A stretch of 64,000 bases of DNA from Alphaproteobacteria bacterium (GTDB lineage Bacteria > Pseudomonadota > Alphaproteobacteria > SP197). Made by a program: the position numbers and the translations under genes. The stretch covers positions 4,928,001 to 4,992,000 of the forward strand of contig OZ245842.1 in assembly GCA_965228895.1 (NCBI GenBank). Reading direction: 5' to 3'. Of the stretch, positions 28,870 through 38,343 are shown one piece after another; the first letter of the stretch is position 1, and every line of letters starts with the position of its first letter. Below the pieces are notes generated by a model. The model was given only the letters and a program-made list of their open reading frames with translations, was not told the DNA's origin and made no database searches.

Positions 28870-29955
28870 TTACGCCACGACCACAGGATGCGGGTGGACC
28901 ATCGAGAAGACATAGCCGCCGTTGTTGAACGGCTGATCGAGCACCTGGCACTCCCCAGCGGAGTCATAGGCGCGCGTCATCAGTGCGTGTTCACCAGCTG
29001 TGGCATCCCAGGTGAAGGCGAACTCGACCCAGGCGTACCGCTCGCTGGGTGACAGCAGTTCCGCCTCCTGCCACGTCTCGCCACGGTCAGCGCTCCAGGT
29101 CACACGCACGATCGGTTCTTCGGCACCGCGCGCATAACCGCGCAGACGCTGCGGTCCCACTGAAAGCCGCGCCGGCCACGGGAGCGCCAGCGAACTGCGG
29201 ATCGGATGTTTGGTGATGGGTGGTCCTTTGGCCGGACTGTATTGTTCGCTGTCCCAGGCCTCGCCCATCAGAACATAGCGCTCGACGTTGCGCTCGACCC
29301 AACGGTGCTCGCGCGTCACCTCGATCCGGTCGAGCCACTTGATCGAATACGTGCCGACCCATCCCGGCACGATCGTGCGCGCGGGAAAACCGTGATCGGG
29401 CGGCAGCGGTTCGCCGTTCATGCGAAGCGCGATCAGGGTGTCGGAATGCATCGCCTTCGCCACCGGCATCGGCACGCGAATGCCGTCCTCGCCTTCCTTG
29501 CCCCGATCGAGACCGACCGGCATGACGTGATAGGCCTCATCGGTGATGCCCGCCATGGTCAGCACATCGGCCAGACGCACGCCCTGCCATTCGGCCATGC
29601 CGAGACCGCCCAAGTGCCAGCGCAGCTCGGTGACGTGGGGCCGGCGGTTGAGCGGCTCGCCCATCACGTCCTCGAAGAGCTGGCGGTGGTTGCCTGCGCA
29701 TTCGATCAGCACGCTGAGCGTGACCTGCTCCATGGCCTCAAGATCGGCACGAGACAGCCGTAGCGGGTTGGTAATGGCGTCGCCTTCGACCGACAGGCTC
29801 CAGCCTTCCTCGGCGATGACCGGCGTCGGTGCGTCATGGCAGATGAAGAAGTCCGCGTTCGGCGTGATGATGCCTTGCTGCTTTTCCAGCGGCATCTCCA
29901 GACCGCCGGCCAAGTGCACGAGGCCGGAGACGTCCTTGTAGAAACCGTCACTCAT
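28870..29955 (-). CDS. Sulfite-oxidase-family molybdopterin enzyme (cytoplasmic)
   Basis: ECAGN Mo-ligand Cys, W.GV.L.DVL, MNGEPLP.DHGFP.R.IVPGW, IKWL, dimerisation domain. Confidence 0.88.
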   Translation of the reverse strand: MSDGFYKDVSGLVHLAGGLEMPLEKQQGIITPNADFFICHDAPTPVIAEEGWSLSVEGDAITNPLRLSRADLEAMEQVTLSVLIECAGNHRQLFEDVMGEPLNRRPHVTELRWHLGGLGMAEWQGVRLADVLTMAGITDEAYHVMPVGLDRGKEGEDGIRVPMPVAKAMHSDTLIALRMNGEPLPPDHGFPARTIVPGWVGTYSIKWLDRIEVTREHRWVERNVERYVLMGEAWDSEQYSPAKGPPITKHPIRSSLALPWPARLSVGPQRLRGYARGAEEPIVRVTWSADRGETWQEAELLSPSERYAWVEFAFTWDATAGEHALMTRAYDSAGECQVLDQPFNNGGYVFSMVHPHPVVVA

Positions 29956-29993
29956 GAAATGCCAGCGCCTCGGTTGGCGAAACTGGACGAACC

Positions 29994-30785
29994 CTAGCTC
30001 AGCAGTTCGACACTGTCGCCGACGCGCACGGTCCCTTCGATCAAAACCGCGGCATAGACACCGGTGTAACCTTCATGGTCGTCGGTCACCTTCTTCAGCA
30101 CCGAGGGGTCGCGATCCGCCGTATCGGGATCGAGCGTGATCATCGCGCAGCGGGGGTCGCGTTCCAGCACCGACACCGTCACCTTGTCGCCGATACGCAG
30201 CGTCTTACCGACATAGGCATTTTCCGCATAACCGGGCGCGCCATCCAGATCGAGATAGATGTTCGCGCGGAACCGCCGCTTGTCGACATCCTTGCCCAGC
30301 TCCTCACCAAGCTGCGCGGCCGTCGCCAGCGAACACAGCGATACCGGCCGGCAGTCGGTGAACGCGCGGTCGGAGCGCAGGACGCTCAGCCCGTGCTTGC
30401 GGCCGATGTTTTCGTTGAGCTTTGCCATCAGCGCGGGATCGTCGATGGCGAAGGTCTCGCCATCCGGCGTTTCGATATCGACCGCGAGTTCATCGCGATC
30501 GGGATAGACCGCCGTCATGCCCGGTTCGATGCTTTCGGCATCCACCAGGTTGGGCGGCATGGCGGCTTTATCGGGATGGCGGAAGCGCGGCGTGTAAAGC
30601 ACCATCTTGCGTTGCTCGCGGCCGGTCAGATAGGGAAAGCCCTTATGCGCTTCATCGCTGCCGATGGCATAGAGCCGGTCGCCATAGACGCCGGCAAAGC
30701 CTAAGTAGACTTCCTCGGCCTCTTCGCCGCGCATGCTCTTCACCGGATAACGCCACAGGCTCTCGACCTTGCCGACCGCCGCCAT
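29994..30785 (-). CDS. MOSC-domain protein (YcbX/mARC-like)
   Basis: LWRYPVKSM.GE, GDR.Y, RRFRANI, PRC.MIT.D, G.VRVGD. Confidence 0.9.
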   Translation of the reverse strand: MAAVGKVESLWRYPVKSMRGEEAEEVYLGFAGVYGDRLYAIGSDEAHKGFPYLTGREQRKMVLYTPRFRHPDKAAMPPNLVDAESIEPGMTAVYPDRDELAVDIETPDGETFAIDDPALMAKLNENIGRKHGLSVLRSDRAFTDCRPVSLCSLATAAQLGEELGKDVDKRRFRANIYLDLDGAPGYAENAYVGKTLRIGDKVTVSVLERDPRCAMITLDPDTADRDPSVLKKVTDDHEGYTGVYAAVLIEGTVRVGDSVELLS

Positions 30786-30948
30786 GATGTTTCTCCCTTT
30801 CGCCGATTGCTGTCACCGATCCTGCGGCACCCCACCACGACAGCGTCGAACAAACAACCGGCGCGTCCCTCAACCGGCAAGGCCAGCCTTTTCATGACGG
30901 CGGCGCGAACCTAAGCTCGCCTGGTCCAGACCCTTATGGGAGTGCGTC

Positions 30949-32940
30949 ATGGCCGAGCAGGCCTTTCCCCATCTCTTCTCGCCGGTCAAGCTGCGCGACA
31001 AGGAGCTTAAGTGCCGCATCGTGTTCGGCGCGCATACCGCCAACATGGCGGAAGACGGCCTGCCGACCGACCGGCACTTCGGCTACTACCGGGAACGCGC
31101 GCGCGGCGGCGCGGCGATGATCGTGGTCGAGCCGACCCCGCCCCATGAGACGGCCATCCTGACGCGCGGCAATCTGCGCCACGACGACAGCGTCATCCCG
31201 CACTTCCGCCGCATCACCGATGAGTGCCACAGCCACGGCACCGTCATGATCCATCAGATCTATCACGTCGGGCAGCACGGCGATCAGGACAACTCGTGGA
31301 CGCCTTATTGGTCGCCCTCGGGCGGGCCGAGCTTCCACGATCCCTGGGGCAGCCACGCCATGAGCGAGGCGGAGATCGAGGAACTGATCACCGCCTTCAT
31401 CGAACAGGCCGAGCGCGACCAGAAGGGGGGGTTTGATGGCGTCGACCTGTTCGCCGGCTACAACTGCCTGATCGATCAGTTCTGGTCGCCTCTGACCAAC
31501 AAACGTGACGACCAGTGGGGCGGCAGCCTGGAAAACCGCGTGCGTTTCGCCACCCGGATTGCCGAGGGCATCCGCAAGGCCTGCGGCGAGAACTTCATCG
31601 TCGGCATGACCATCTCCGGCGCCGAACCCTATCCCGGCGGCCTCACCATCGAGGACAAACAGGAAATCGTCGCCTGGCTCGATGAGCGCGGCTTGATCGA
31701 CTACTTCTCCTGCGGCACCGGCAGCTATCTCAACCAGTTCACCAAGATCGTGCCGAGCTTTCACTACGGCATGATGCTGGGCCCGCCGGATGCCGCGCAG
31801 TTCAAGGACGTCACCAAACACGCGCTGGTCACCGCCGAGGCCCGGGTCAAGACACCGGCCAACGCGGAAGCCGTCATCGCCGAAGGCAAGGCGGATCTCG
31901 TCTCGATCGTGCGCGGCCAGATCGCCGACCCCCACCTCGCCAACAAGGCGCGTGAAGGCAGGCCTGAGGACGTGCGCCCGTGCATCTCGTGCAACCAGCT
32001 ATGCATCGGCCGGCGCATGCGCGACTACCACATCTCCTGCCTGGTCAACCCGTCGGTCGGACGCGAAAGCGAATGGGACGGCGACAAGCCGCCGGCGACG
32101 GAAAAACCGCGCCACGTGGTCGTGGTCGGCGGCGGCCCGGCCGGGCTTGAGGCAGCGCGGGTCGCCGCCGAGCGCGGCCACCGCGTCACGCTGGCCGAGC
32201 GCCGCGACGAATTGGGCGGCCAGTTCAGGCTTGCCGCCGGGCAACCGGAACGCGGCGAGATCGGCGGCCTGCTCACCTGGTACCAAGGTCAGCTCGAGAA
32301 ACTTCAGGTGCGCGTTTTGCTGCGGGCCGATCTGGACATCGACGCGATCCGCGCGCTGGAACCCGACGCCATCGTTCTGGCCACCGGGTCGGAGCCCGAC
32401 CGGCGCGGCTTCCAGCGCGCCTTCCCGCATGTCGAGGCCTTGGAGGGCGCCGACCAAGACAATGTATGCACTATTCATGATGTCTTAGAGGGCGATATCG
32501 TCCCCGGCACCAACGTCCTGTTGCTCGATGACCTCAACGGCTGGTGGCCGGCCAGCGGCACGGCGCTGCATCTGGCCGAACAGCGCCACATGGTCACGGT
32601 GGTTACCGCGGCGGAACAGGCGGCCGGCGCGCTCGATCTCTCCCAGACCGGCGAGACGGCGCGCGAGCGGTTCATGAAGATGGGTGTGGAGGTGCTGACC
32701 GCGACCGGGCTGGTCTCCTGGCAGGGCAACACGGCGACGCTGATCAACCTCTATACCGGCGATCAGGAAACCCGCGACTTCGACAGCCTGGTGCTCGCCA
32801 CCACCAACCGTCCGGTCAACAGCCTGACGGCAGCATTCTCCGATAGCGCCACGGAGGTACACAGCATCGGCGACACGGTCGCGCCGCGCACCGCCTCCAT
32901 GGCGTTCTACGAAGCGCGCAAACTGGCGCTCACATTGTAA
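30949..32940 (+). CDS. NADH:flavin oxidoreductase (OYE barrel, 4Fe-4S and FAD domain; FadH/DgcA/TMADH-like)
   Basis: YYRERARGGA, SP.TNKRDD.WGGSLENR, CISCNQLC...SCLVNP, VVGGGPAGLEAA. Confidence 0.9.
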   Translation: MAEQAFPHLFSPVKLRDKELKCRIVFGAHTANMAEDGLPTDRHFGYYRERARGGAAMIVVEPTPPHETAILTRGNLRHDDSVIPHFRRITDECHSHGTVMIHQIYHVGQHGDQDNSWTPYWSPSGGPSFHDPWGSHAMSEAEIEELITAFIEQAERDQKGGFDGVDLFAGYNCLIDQFWSPLTNKRDDQWGGSLENRVRFATRIAEGIRKACGENFIVGMTISGAEPYPGGLTIEDKQEIVAWLDERGLIDYFSCGTGSYLNQFTKIVPSFHYGMMLGPPDAAQFKDVTKHALVTAEARVKTPANAEAVIAEGKADLVSIVRGQIADPHLANKAREGRPEDVRPCISCNQLCIGRRMRDYHISCLVNPSVGRESEWDGDKPPATEKPRHVVVVGGGPAGLEAARVAAERGHRVTLAERRDELGGQFRLAAGQPERGEIGGLLTWYQGQLEKLQVRVLLRADLDIDAIRALEPDAIVLATGSEPDRRGFQRAFPHVEALEGADQDNVCTIHDVLEGDIVPGTNVLLLDDLNGWWPASGTALHLAEQRHMVTVVTAAEQAAGALDLSQTGETARERFMKMGVEVLTATGLVSWQGNTATLINLYTGDQETRDFDSLVLATTNRPVNSLTAAFSDSATEVHSIGDTVAPRTASMAFYEARKLALTL

Positions 32941-33068
32941 GACATGGGCGCTTTGGCCCACGATCCCGGCTGGCCATGCGGTTAGATCTGAGTGGACGAC
33001 CCGTCGCCGGCTGAGAGACAATCCTTCTTGCTGCGCATCCGGCGGATGGTGAAGAGATTGGAACCATC

Positions 33069-34466
33069 ATGCGATCGCTCCTGACACCGCTTGCCCACCC
33101 GATCTACCGGCGCCTGTTGGCGGCCCAGGTCGTCGCGCTGTTCGGCACCGGGTTGGCGACCGTGGCGCTCGGCCTGCTGGCCTATGAGCTGGCCGGCGCC
33201 GACGCCGGTCTGGTGCTGGGCATCGCGCTGGCGATCAAGATGATCGCCTATGTGGTCATCGCACCGATTGCCGGCGCCTTCGCGACCGTGCTGCCGCGGC
33301 GCGGCGTCTTGGTGGCCGCCGATCTGGTCCGCCTGGCGGCCGCCCTGGCGCTGCCGTTTGTCGAGGCGGTGTGGCAGATCTTCGGCCTGATCTTCATCCT
33401 CCAAGCGGCATCGGCGGTGTTCACACCGGTCTTCCAGGCGACCATCCCCGACGTCCTGGAAGACGAGACGACCTACACCAACGCGCTCTCGCTCTCGCGC
33501 CTGGCCTATGACCTCGAAGCGCTGTTGAGCCCGGCGCTTGCCGCGCTGCTGCTGCTGGTCGTGAGTTTCCCGTGGCTCTTCGACGGCACCGCCTTAGGCT
33601 TCCTGATCTCTGCCGTCTTGGTCTTGTCGCTCAGGCTACCCGGAGGCCAGTCCAGGGATGACGACACGGTGGGCGCGCGCCTCAAACGAGGCTTTTTGAT
33701 CTTTCTGCGCACGCCGCGGCTGAAGGCGCTGGTCGCCATCAACGCCGCAGTGGCAGCGGCCGGCGCCATGGTCATCGTCAACACGGTGGTCCTGGTGCGC
33801 GTCAGCCTCGGCGGCGGCGACGTCGCGGTCGCCGTGGCGCTGGCCGCCGCAGGCGCCGGGTCGATGATGGCGGCGCTCATCTTGCCGCGCCTCTTGGAGT
33901 CCTGGTCCGACCGCGCCGTCATGCTGGGCGGCTGCTTCGTGCTGGCCGCCGGCATGGCCGCGGGCTTTGCCCTGTTCCTGGCGGCGACACCCGGCTTCGG
34001 CCCACTGCTGGCCTTGTGGTTCATGCTGGGTGCCGCCAACGCGGCGGTCTTGACCCCGGTCGGGCGCCTGCTGCGCCGCTCGACCGCCAACGAAGACCGT
34101 CCGCCGGTGTTCGCGGCCCAGTTCGCCCTGAGCCATGCGTGCTGGCTCGTCACCTATCCCTTGGCCGGCTGGCTCGGCGTCGCCCTGGGGCTGGATGTCT
34201 CGTTCGCGGTCCTGGGCGGGCTTGCCCTGATCGCCACCCTGGCGGCGATCCGCCTGTGGCCCGCCGCCGACCGCGACGCCCTATGGCATCACCACGAGAC
34301 GGTGCGTCACCGGCATCAGCACATCCACGACGAACACCACCAGCACGATCACGAGGGCTGGGAAGGACCAGAGCCGCACAGTCATCCGCACCGTCACGGG
34401 CCGATACGCCATCGCCACGCCTATGTGATCGACCGCCACCATCCGATGTGGCCGCACGCTGAATAG
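33069..34466 (+). CDS. MFS transporter, NreB-like, with His-rich C-terminal tail
   Basis: GTGLATVAL, YT.ALSLSRLAYDLE, FAAQFALSHACWL; tail HHHETVRHRHQHIHDEHHQHDH...HSHPHRH. Confidence 0.88.
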   Translation: MRSLLTPLAHPIYRRLLAAQVVALFGTGLATVALGLLAYELAGADAGLVLGIALAIKMIAYVVIAPIAGAFATVLPRRGVLVAADLVRLAAALALPFVEAVWQIFGLIFILQAASAVFTPVFQATIPDVLEDETTYTNALSLSRLAYDLEALLSPALAALLLLVVSFPWLFDGTALGFLISAVLVLSLRLPGGQSRDDDTVGARLKRGFLIFLRTPRLKALVAINAAVAAAGAMVIVNTVVLVRVSLGGGDVAVAVALAAAGAGSMMAALILPRLLESWSDRAVMLGGCFVLAAGMAAGFALFLAATPGFGPLLALWFMLGAANAAVLTPVGRLLRRSTANEDRPPVFAAQFALSHACWLVTYPLAGWLGVALGLDVSFAVLGGLALIATLAAIRLWPAADRDALWHHHETVRHRHQHIHDEHHQHDHEGWEGPEPHSHPHRHGPIRHRHAYVIDRHHPMWPHAE

Positions 34467-34488
34467 CGCTGTCCCATTAGTTTACATC

Positions 34489-34553
34489 GCCAGCCCGCGC
34501 CCGCGCGCGGCCACCCAGGGCAGCATCGTCAGGGTGGCCGGGCGCGGGCTGGC
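34489..34553. repeat. REP-like palindrome family R1, copy A
   Basis: GCCAGCCCGCGCC...CGGCCACCC-agggcagcatcgtca-GGGTGGCCG.GGCGCGGGCTGGC between convergent genes. Confidence 0.75.
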
Positions 34554-34579
34554 ACCGTTGTCGTGTGAACGACAGTCGA

Positions 34580-35755
34580 TCAATTGGGAAGGACGAGACA
34601 CCCCGGTTCGGCAGCGAGCGTGCCCAGAGGCTCGACCACCTCGATGGAGCCGCCGTCGATTCGGGCGATGAACATGGGCAAGGCGCAGTGATGGTTGTTG
34701 CTGCCGATCTGCGCCTGACCCGTGGGCAGCGCATAGGTCAGCCCCGGCAGCCCGGCTGCGATGGCCTCGCGTGACACCGCGCCGCCCTCCTCAAGCACCG
34801 TTTGAAGCGCGGTCATCGCGCCATAGTGGGTCATGGCGTATGAGGTGACGACCGTATCGTCGCCGCCGATGGCACGCACCGCCTCGACAAAGTCCCGCAC
34901 ATCGGGATCGGTCTCGACAAAAGGCACACAGCCATAGAGCGGTGCGGTGTGTTGGCGTTGATCCTTGTCCAGATAGGTTGCCAGGCCGCCAAGATCGGCC
35001 AGCGTCAAGGAGTCCAGCAGCCCAGCGCGGTCGGCGGCGTCAACGAAGCCCCAGTGTTTGGCGCCCGGCAGCGCCAGCACGACCACATCGGCCTCGGCGG
35101 CCGCCACTGCGTCGACGATCGGCGCAAAGTCGACATCCCCGGAAAGTGGGACAAAGAGTTTACCGAGCATGGTGCCGCCTTCGGCCCCGATCGTGGTTTC
35201 GGCCACCTCGAACAGACCGCGCGGCCACGCGTAGTCGGCGCCGACCAGATAAAACCGTTGGCCGATGTCACGATTGAGATAGGTGATTAGCGGCACCGCG
35301 GTCTGGTTCGGCACCGTGCTGAAATAGAACCAATAGCGGCCGCAGGCACCGCCTTCGTAGTCGGTCGCATAGAGTAGCGGTATCTGAGCCGCGGCGACGG
35401 TGTCGGCCATGGCATCGCGCGATGCCGACGTGATCGGCCCGGCGATCGCCAGGACGTGCTGGCGGGCGACCAGCCGTTGCGCCGCGGCGGCCGCCATTTC
35501 CGGGTCGCCCTCGTCATCCTCGTAAAGAACGACAACTTCCCGATCGCGGAGTCCGCCGGCGCTGTTGATCTCCATCGCCGCAAGCTCCAGACCAAGCTGC
35601 GCCTGGCGCCCGAAGACGGCGAGATCGCCGGTCAAAGGGAGAATCGCACCGATTTCGATTGTTTCTCCCGAGGCCAGCGACGGTGAGCCCAGACATAGAC
35701 CACCGGCGGCAAACACGGACGACGCTAACAATCGGCGCCGGCTCAGCCGTTCCAA
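34580..35755 (-). CDS. Urea/amide/branched-chain amino acid ABC substrate-binding protein (UrtA/AmiC-like) with Tat signal
   Basis: LSRRRLL Tat motif; LPLTG, EIN..GG, GPITSASR, YATDYEG, VPNQ, GADYAWP; TTG start 35755 behind GAGGA. Confidence 0.85.
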   Translation of the reverse strand: MERLSRRRLLASSVFAAGGLCLGSPSLASGETIEIGAILPLTGDLAVFGRQAQLGLELAAMEINSAGGLRDREVVVLYEDDEGDPEMAAAAAQRLVARQHVLAIAGPITSASRDAMADTVAAAQIPLLYATDYEGGACGRYWFYFSTVPNQTAVPLITYLNRDIGQRFYLVGADYAWPRGLFEVAETTIGAEGGTMLGKLFVPLSGDVDFAPIVDAVAAAEADVVVLALPGAKHWGFVDAADRAGLLDSLTLADLGGLATYLDKDQRQHTAPLYGCVPFVETDPDVRDFVEAVRAIGGDDTVVTSYAMTHYGAMTALQTVLEEGGAVSREAIAAGLPGLTYALPTGQAQIGSNNHHCALPMFIARIDGGSIEVVEPLGTLAAEPGCLVLPN

Positions 35756-35914
35756 CCTGATTTCCTCACTGTCCACCCGCAGTCTTGTGCCGCGATAACA
35801 ATGCCGCCACCCCAATGGCCCGCCTTGTTGCCGAGCAGACTAACGCATCGCCATGACAACACGTTGGGAGAATAGGTGGATCAGCTATCCCAAGGGAGCA
35901 TGAACAAACCGCTA

Positions 35915-37306
35915 TCAAGGCCCGCGCGGGATATCAGACGGACCATGGGCCCAGCGGCGCGCCAAAAGCGCCGCCGACACGACCAGCCCGGCGACCATGC
36001 CCCACCAAAGACCGGCCGGACCAACATCGGTGGCAAAGGCGAGGACAATGGCGATCGGGATCGCTATGGCCCACGCGCCGGCGGCGGAGATCCACATGGG
36101 CACCCAGGTGTCCTGGCGTCCGCGCAGCGACCGTGCAGCGACGATATGGACAGCCTCCAACAGGATAAGCGGCGCTGCGACCAGACCGAGTATGCCGACC
36201 AGACGCAGCGCCGAGGCGTTCTGGGGATCATCGATGTTCAGGAAGATGAAGGCCGCCCCGTCGGGCGCGACCCACAGAAAGAGGGCGACCGGCGCGGCCA
36301 GGCAAAGCGCCACCACCATGGCGACCCAGCCGGCGCGCCGCGCGCTCGCCGGCTGGCCGCCGCCGATTTCCTGCGATACCCGCACGATCGAGGTGTGCGC
36401 GATCGCAATGACCAGGGTCGTGCTGAGGCCGGCAATGGAGGCGACGACGTGATGGGCGGCGAGCGCCGAGGCACCGAACAGTCCCATCAGGATTTTCACC
36501 ACCTGATAAGACGAGCCTTCGATCAGCCGCACACCGGCAACCGGCAGGCCAAGCCTGAAGATGCGCCGCCACAAGGCCGCGTCCATCTGGAGCAAGTTGG
36601 CAAACGGCCGATAAGCCCGGTAGGCCGGCACCTTGGCCACCCAAAGGGTCAGCGCCGCCAGGGAGAGCCAGGTCGTGATCGTGGTTGCCCAGCCTGCGCC
36701 GGCGATGCCCATGGCCGGCAGGCCCAGCCCGCCGAACACGAACCACCAGGTCATGGCCGCATTCAGCGGCAGCATGACGATCGATATCAGCGTGATGATC
36801 GCCGGGCGCGACAGCGCGGTCACCAGGTTGCGCATGACGCCGAACCACAGGGTCGGCAGCACCGCCCACATGACCGCATGGATGTACGCTTCACCATCCC
36901 TGATGACCCCGGCATCCTGGCCGGTCAGCGCCAGCAGGTCGGCCATGAACCAGTTCAGCACCATGAGCGGCAGTCCGTAGAGGGTCGCCAACCACAGTCC
37001 GTGGCGGAACGCCTTTTGGACCATGCTGGAATCGCCGGCGCCGAAACCGGTGCCGATAAAAACGCCGGTGATCGACAGAACGGCAAAGCCGACAAAGAGA
37101 AATTCCCAGAACAAACCGCCCAGAAGGCCGACCGCCGCCAGCGGCGTCGCGCCCAGACGCCCGACGATGATGGCGTCGGTGTACCACATGCCCAACTCGA
37201 CCAGGAACGTCGCCACGATCGGCACCGCAATACGGCGGTGCAGCCTGAGCTCGTCCTTCAGGCTGCCGGCCAACTCCGCGCGCGGCGCATGCTTTGTTTC
37301 GTTCAT
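35915..37306 (-). CDS. MATE family efflux transporter (NorM-like)
   Basis: D.IIVGRLG..PLAAVG, FGGLGLPAMGIAGAG.AT, LGLP, LRGRQDT, GLWWG. Confidence 0.9.
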   Translation of the reverse strand: MNETKHAPRAELAGSLKDELRLHRRIAVPIVATFLVELGMWYTDAIIVGRLGATPLAAVGLLGGLFWEFLFVGFAVLSITGVFIGTGFGAGDSSMVQKAFRHGLWLATLYGLPLMVLNWFMADLLALTGQDAGVIRDGEAYIHAVMWAVLPTLWFGVMRNLVTALSRPAIITLISIVMLPLNAAMTWWFVFGGLGLPAMGIAGAGWATTITTWLSLAALTLWVAKVPAYRAYRPFANLLQMDAALWRRIFRLGLPVAGVRLIEGSSYQVVKILMGLFGASALAAHHVVASIAGLSTTLVIAIAHTSIVRVSQEIGGGQPASARRAGWVAMVVALCLAAPVALFLWVAPDGAAFIFLNIDDPQNASALRLVGILGLVAAPLILLEAVHIVAARSLRGRQDTWVPMWISAAGAWAIAIPIAIVLAFATDVGPAGLWWGMVAGLVVSAALLARRWAHGPSDIPRGP

Positions 37307-37423
37307 GGTGGTCGTCCGAACTACGGGAACGTTCCGCGTCTGGAGACGTTCGCGCGGAGACTAATCGATTAGAGCCACGCTGTCCGGTCGGCCACCCGTC
37401 TCACGCGACAGACAGTTTCGTGG

Positions 37424-38281
37424 TTACCAGCGGCGTGCCCAATCAGGCGGCCCAATCTCCTCGGGCCCGAATGGGTTGAAATCGAAAAGTTCGGTTTCCA
37501 ACACTTCGGCTCCGTCGACAGTCACGCCGTAGAGCCGCCCATCGCGGACGACGACAAGGCGCCGGTCCGCGTCCCAGTCTGCCCAGGCCGCGTCAACCAG
37601 CGGCACGAGGTCCTCGGCCGCCTCCAGCCAAAAAGTGTCGCCATAGGGACCACCGAAACGGGTGAAGTCGACATCCTCGATCTGACGGCAGAGTTTGATG
37701 CCGGACTGCTCGGATGACTTTTCCCAGATCTCACGCTCGCCGACACGGCGATGGGTTCTCGGATCAAACCCGCGTTCGACCAGGCGCCAGCCGTCGCGCA
37801 GCAAGCGCTGTTCCCACGGCGCGCTATCGGCCGGGCAAAAATCGAAGGTCAGACCCTGGGGCGGGAAATCGGGATGGGGTTCTTTGTCGCAGGTGACGTC
37901 GAGCAACACATGCCGGTCGGTATCGAACACGCCGCCGCCATACCAACTGCCGAGATTGCGCCACAGCGCCAGCGCGGTGAAATAGGGCGGACGCGAGATG
38001 GCGGTCCAAGCTTCGCCGACATCGTCATCGTCTGGGCGCCGCCCGTGCTTGGCCGCGAAATAGATGAAGAAACGGCCATCGGGCGAGAGATCGCAACGCC
38101 GCTCATAGACGCGGCCATGAAACCACTGGCCGGTTTCGAAGGTGTCGTTCTTACGATCCCAGACCGTCAGTTGCGCCCACGCGCTGGGGCCGCGCCGCAG
38201 GATGACGGCCGTTGGCGCGCTGCGCGCAAGATAGACCGACAGGCGACACGGCGCCGTTTCGTTTGCTGACGACGTCCCCAC
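37424..38281 (-). CDS. Conserved hypothetical protein (beta-propeller-like start)
   Basis: LAR.AP.AVILRRGPS, GQWF.GR.YERRCDLSPDG, WTAISRPPYFTAL.LW, GGG.F. Confidence 0.7.
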   Translation of the reverse strand: MGTSSANETAPCRLSVYLARSAPTAVILRRGPSAWAQLTVWDRKNDTFETGQWFHGRVYERRCDLSPDGRFFIYFAAKHGRRPDDDDVGEAWTAISRPPYFTALALWRNLGSWYGGGVFDTDRHVLLDVTCDKEPHPDFPPQGLTFDFCPADSAPWEQRLLRDGWRLVERGFDPRTHRRVGEREIWEKSSEQSGIKLCRQIEDVDFTRFGGPYGDTFWLEAAEDLVPLVDAAWADWDADRRLVVVRDGRLYGVTVDGAEVLETELFDFNPFGPEEIGPPDWARRW

Positions 38282-38343
38282 GCCGACGACCTTAACCGTC
38301 GCCGGTCAGAACGATCCAGGCAAAAAGCCGCGTTGATAGGTGC

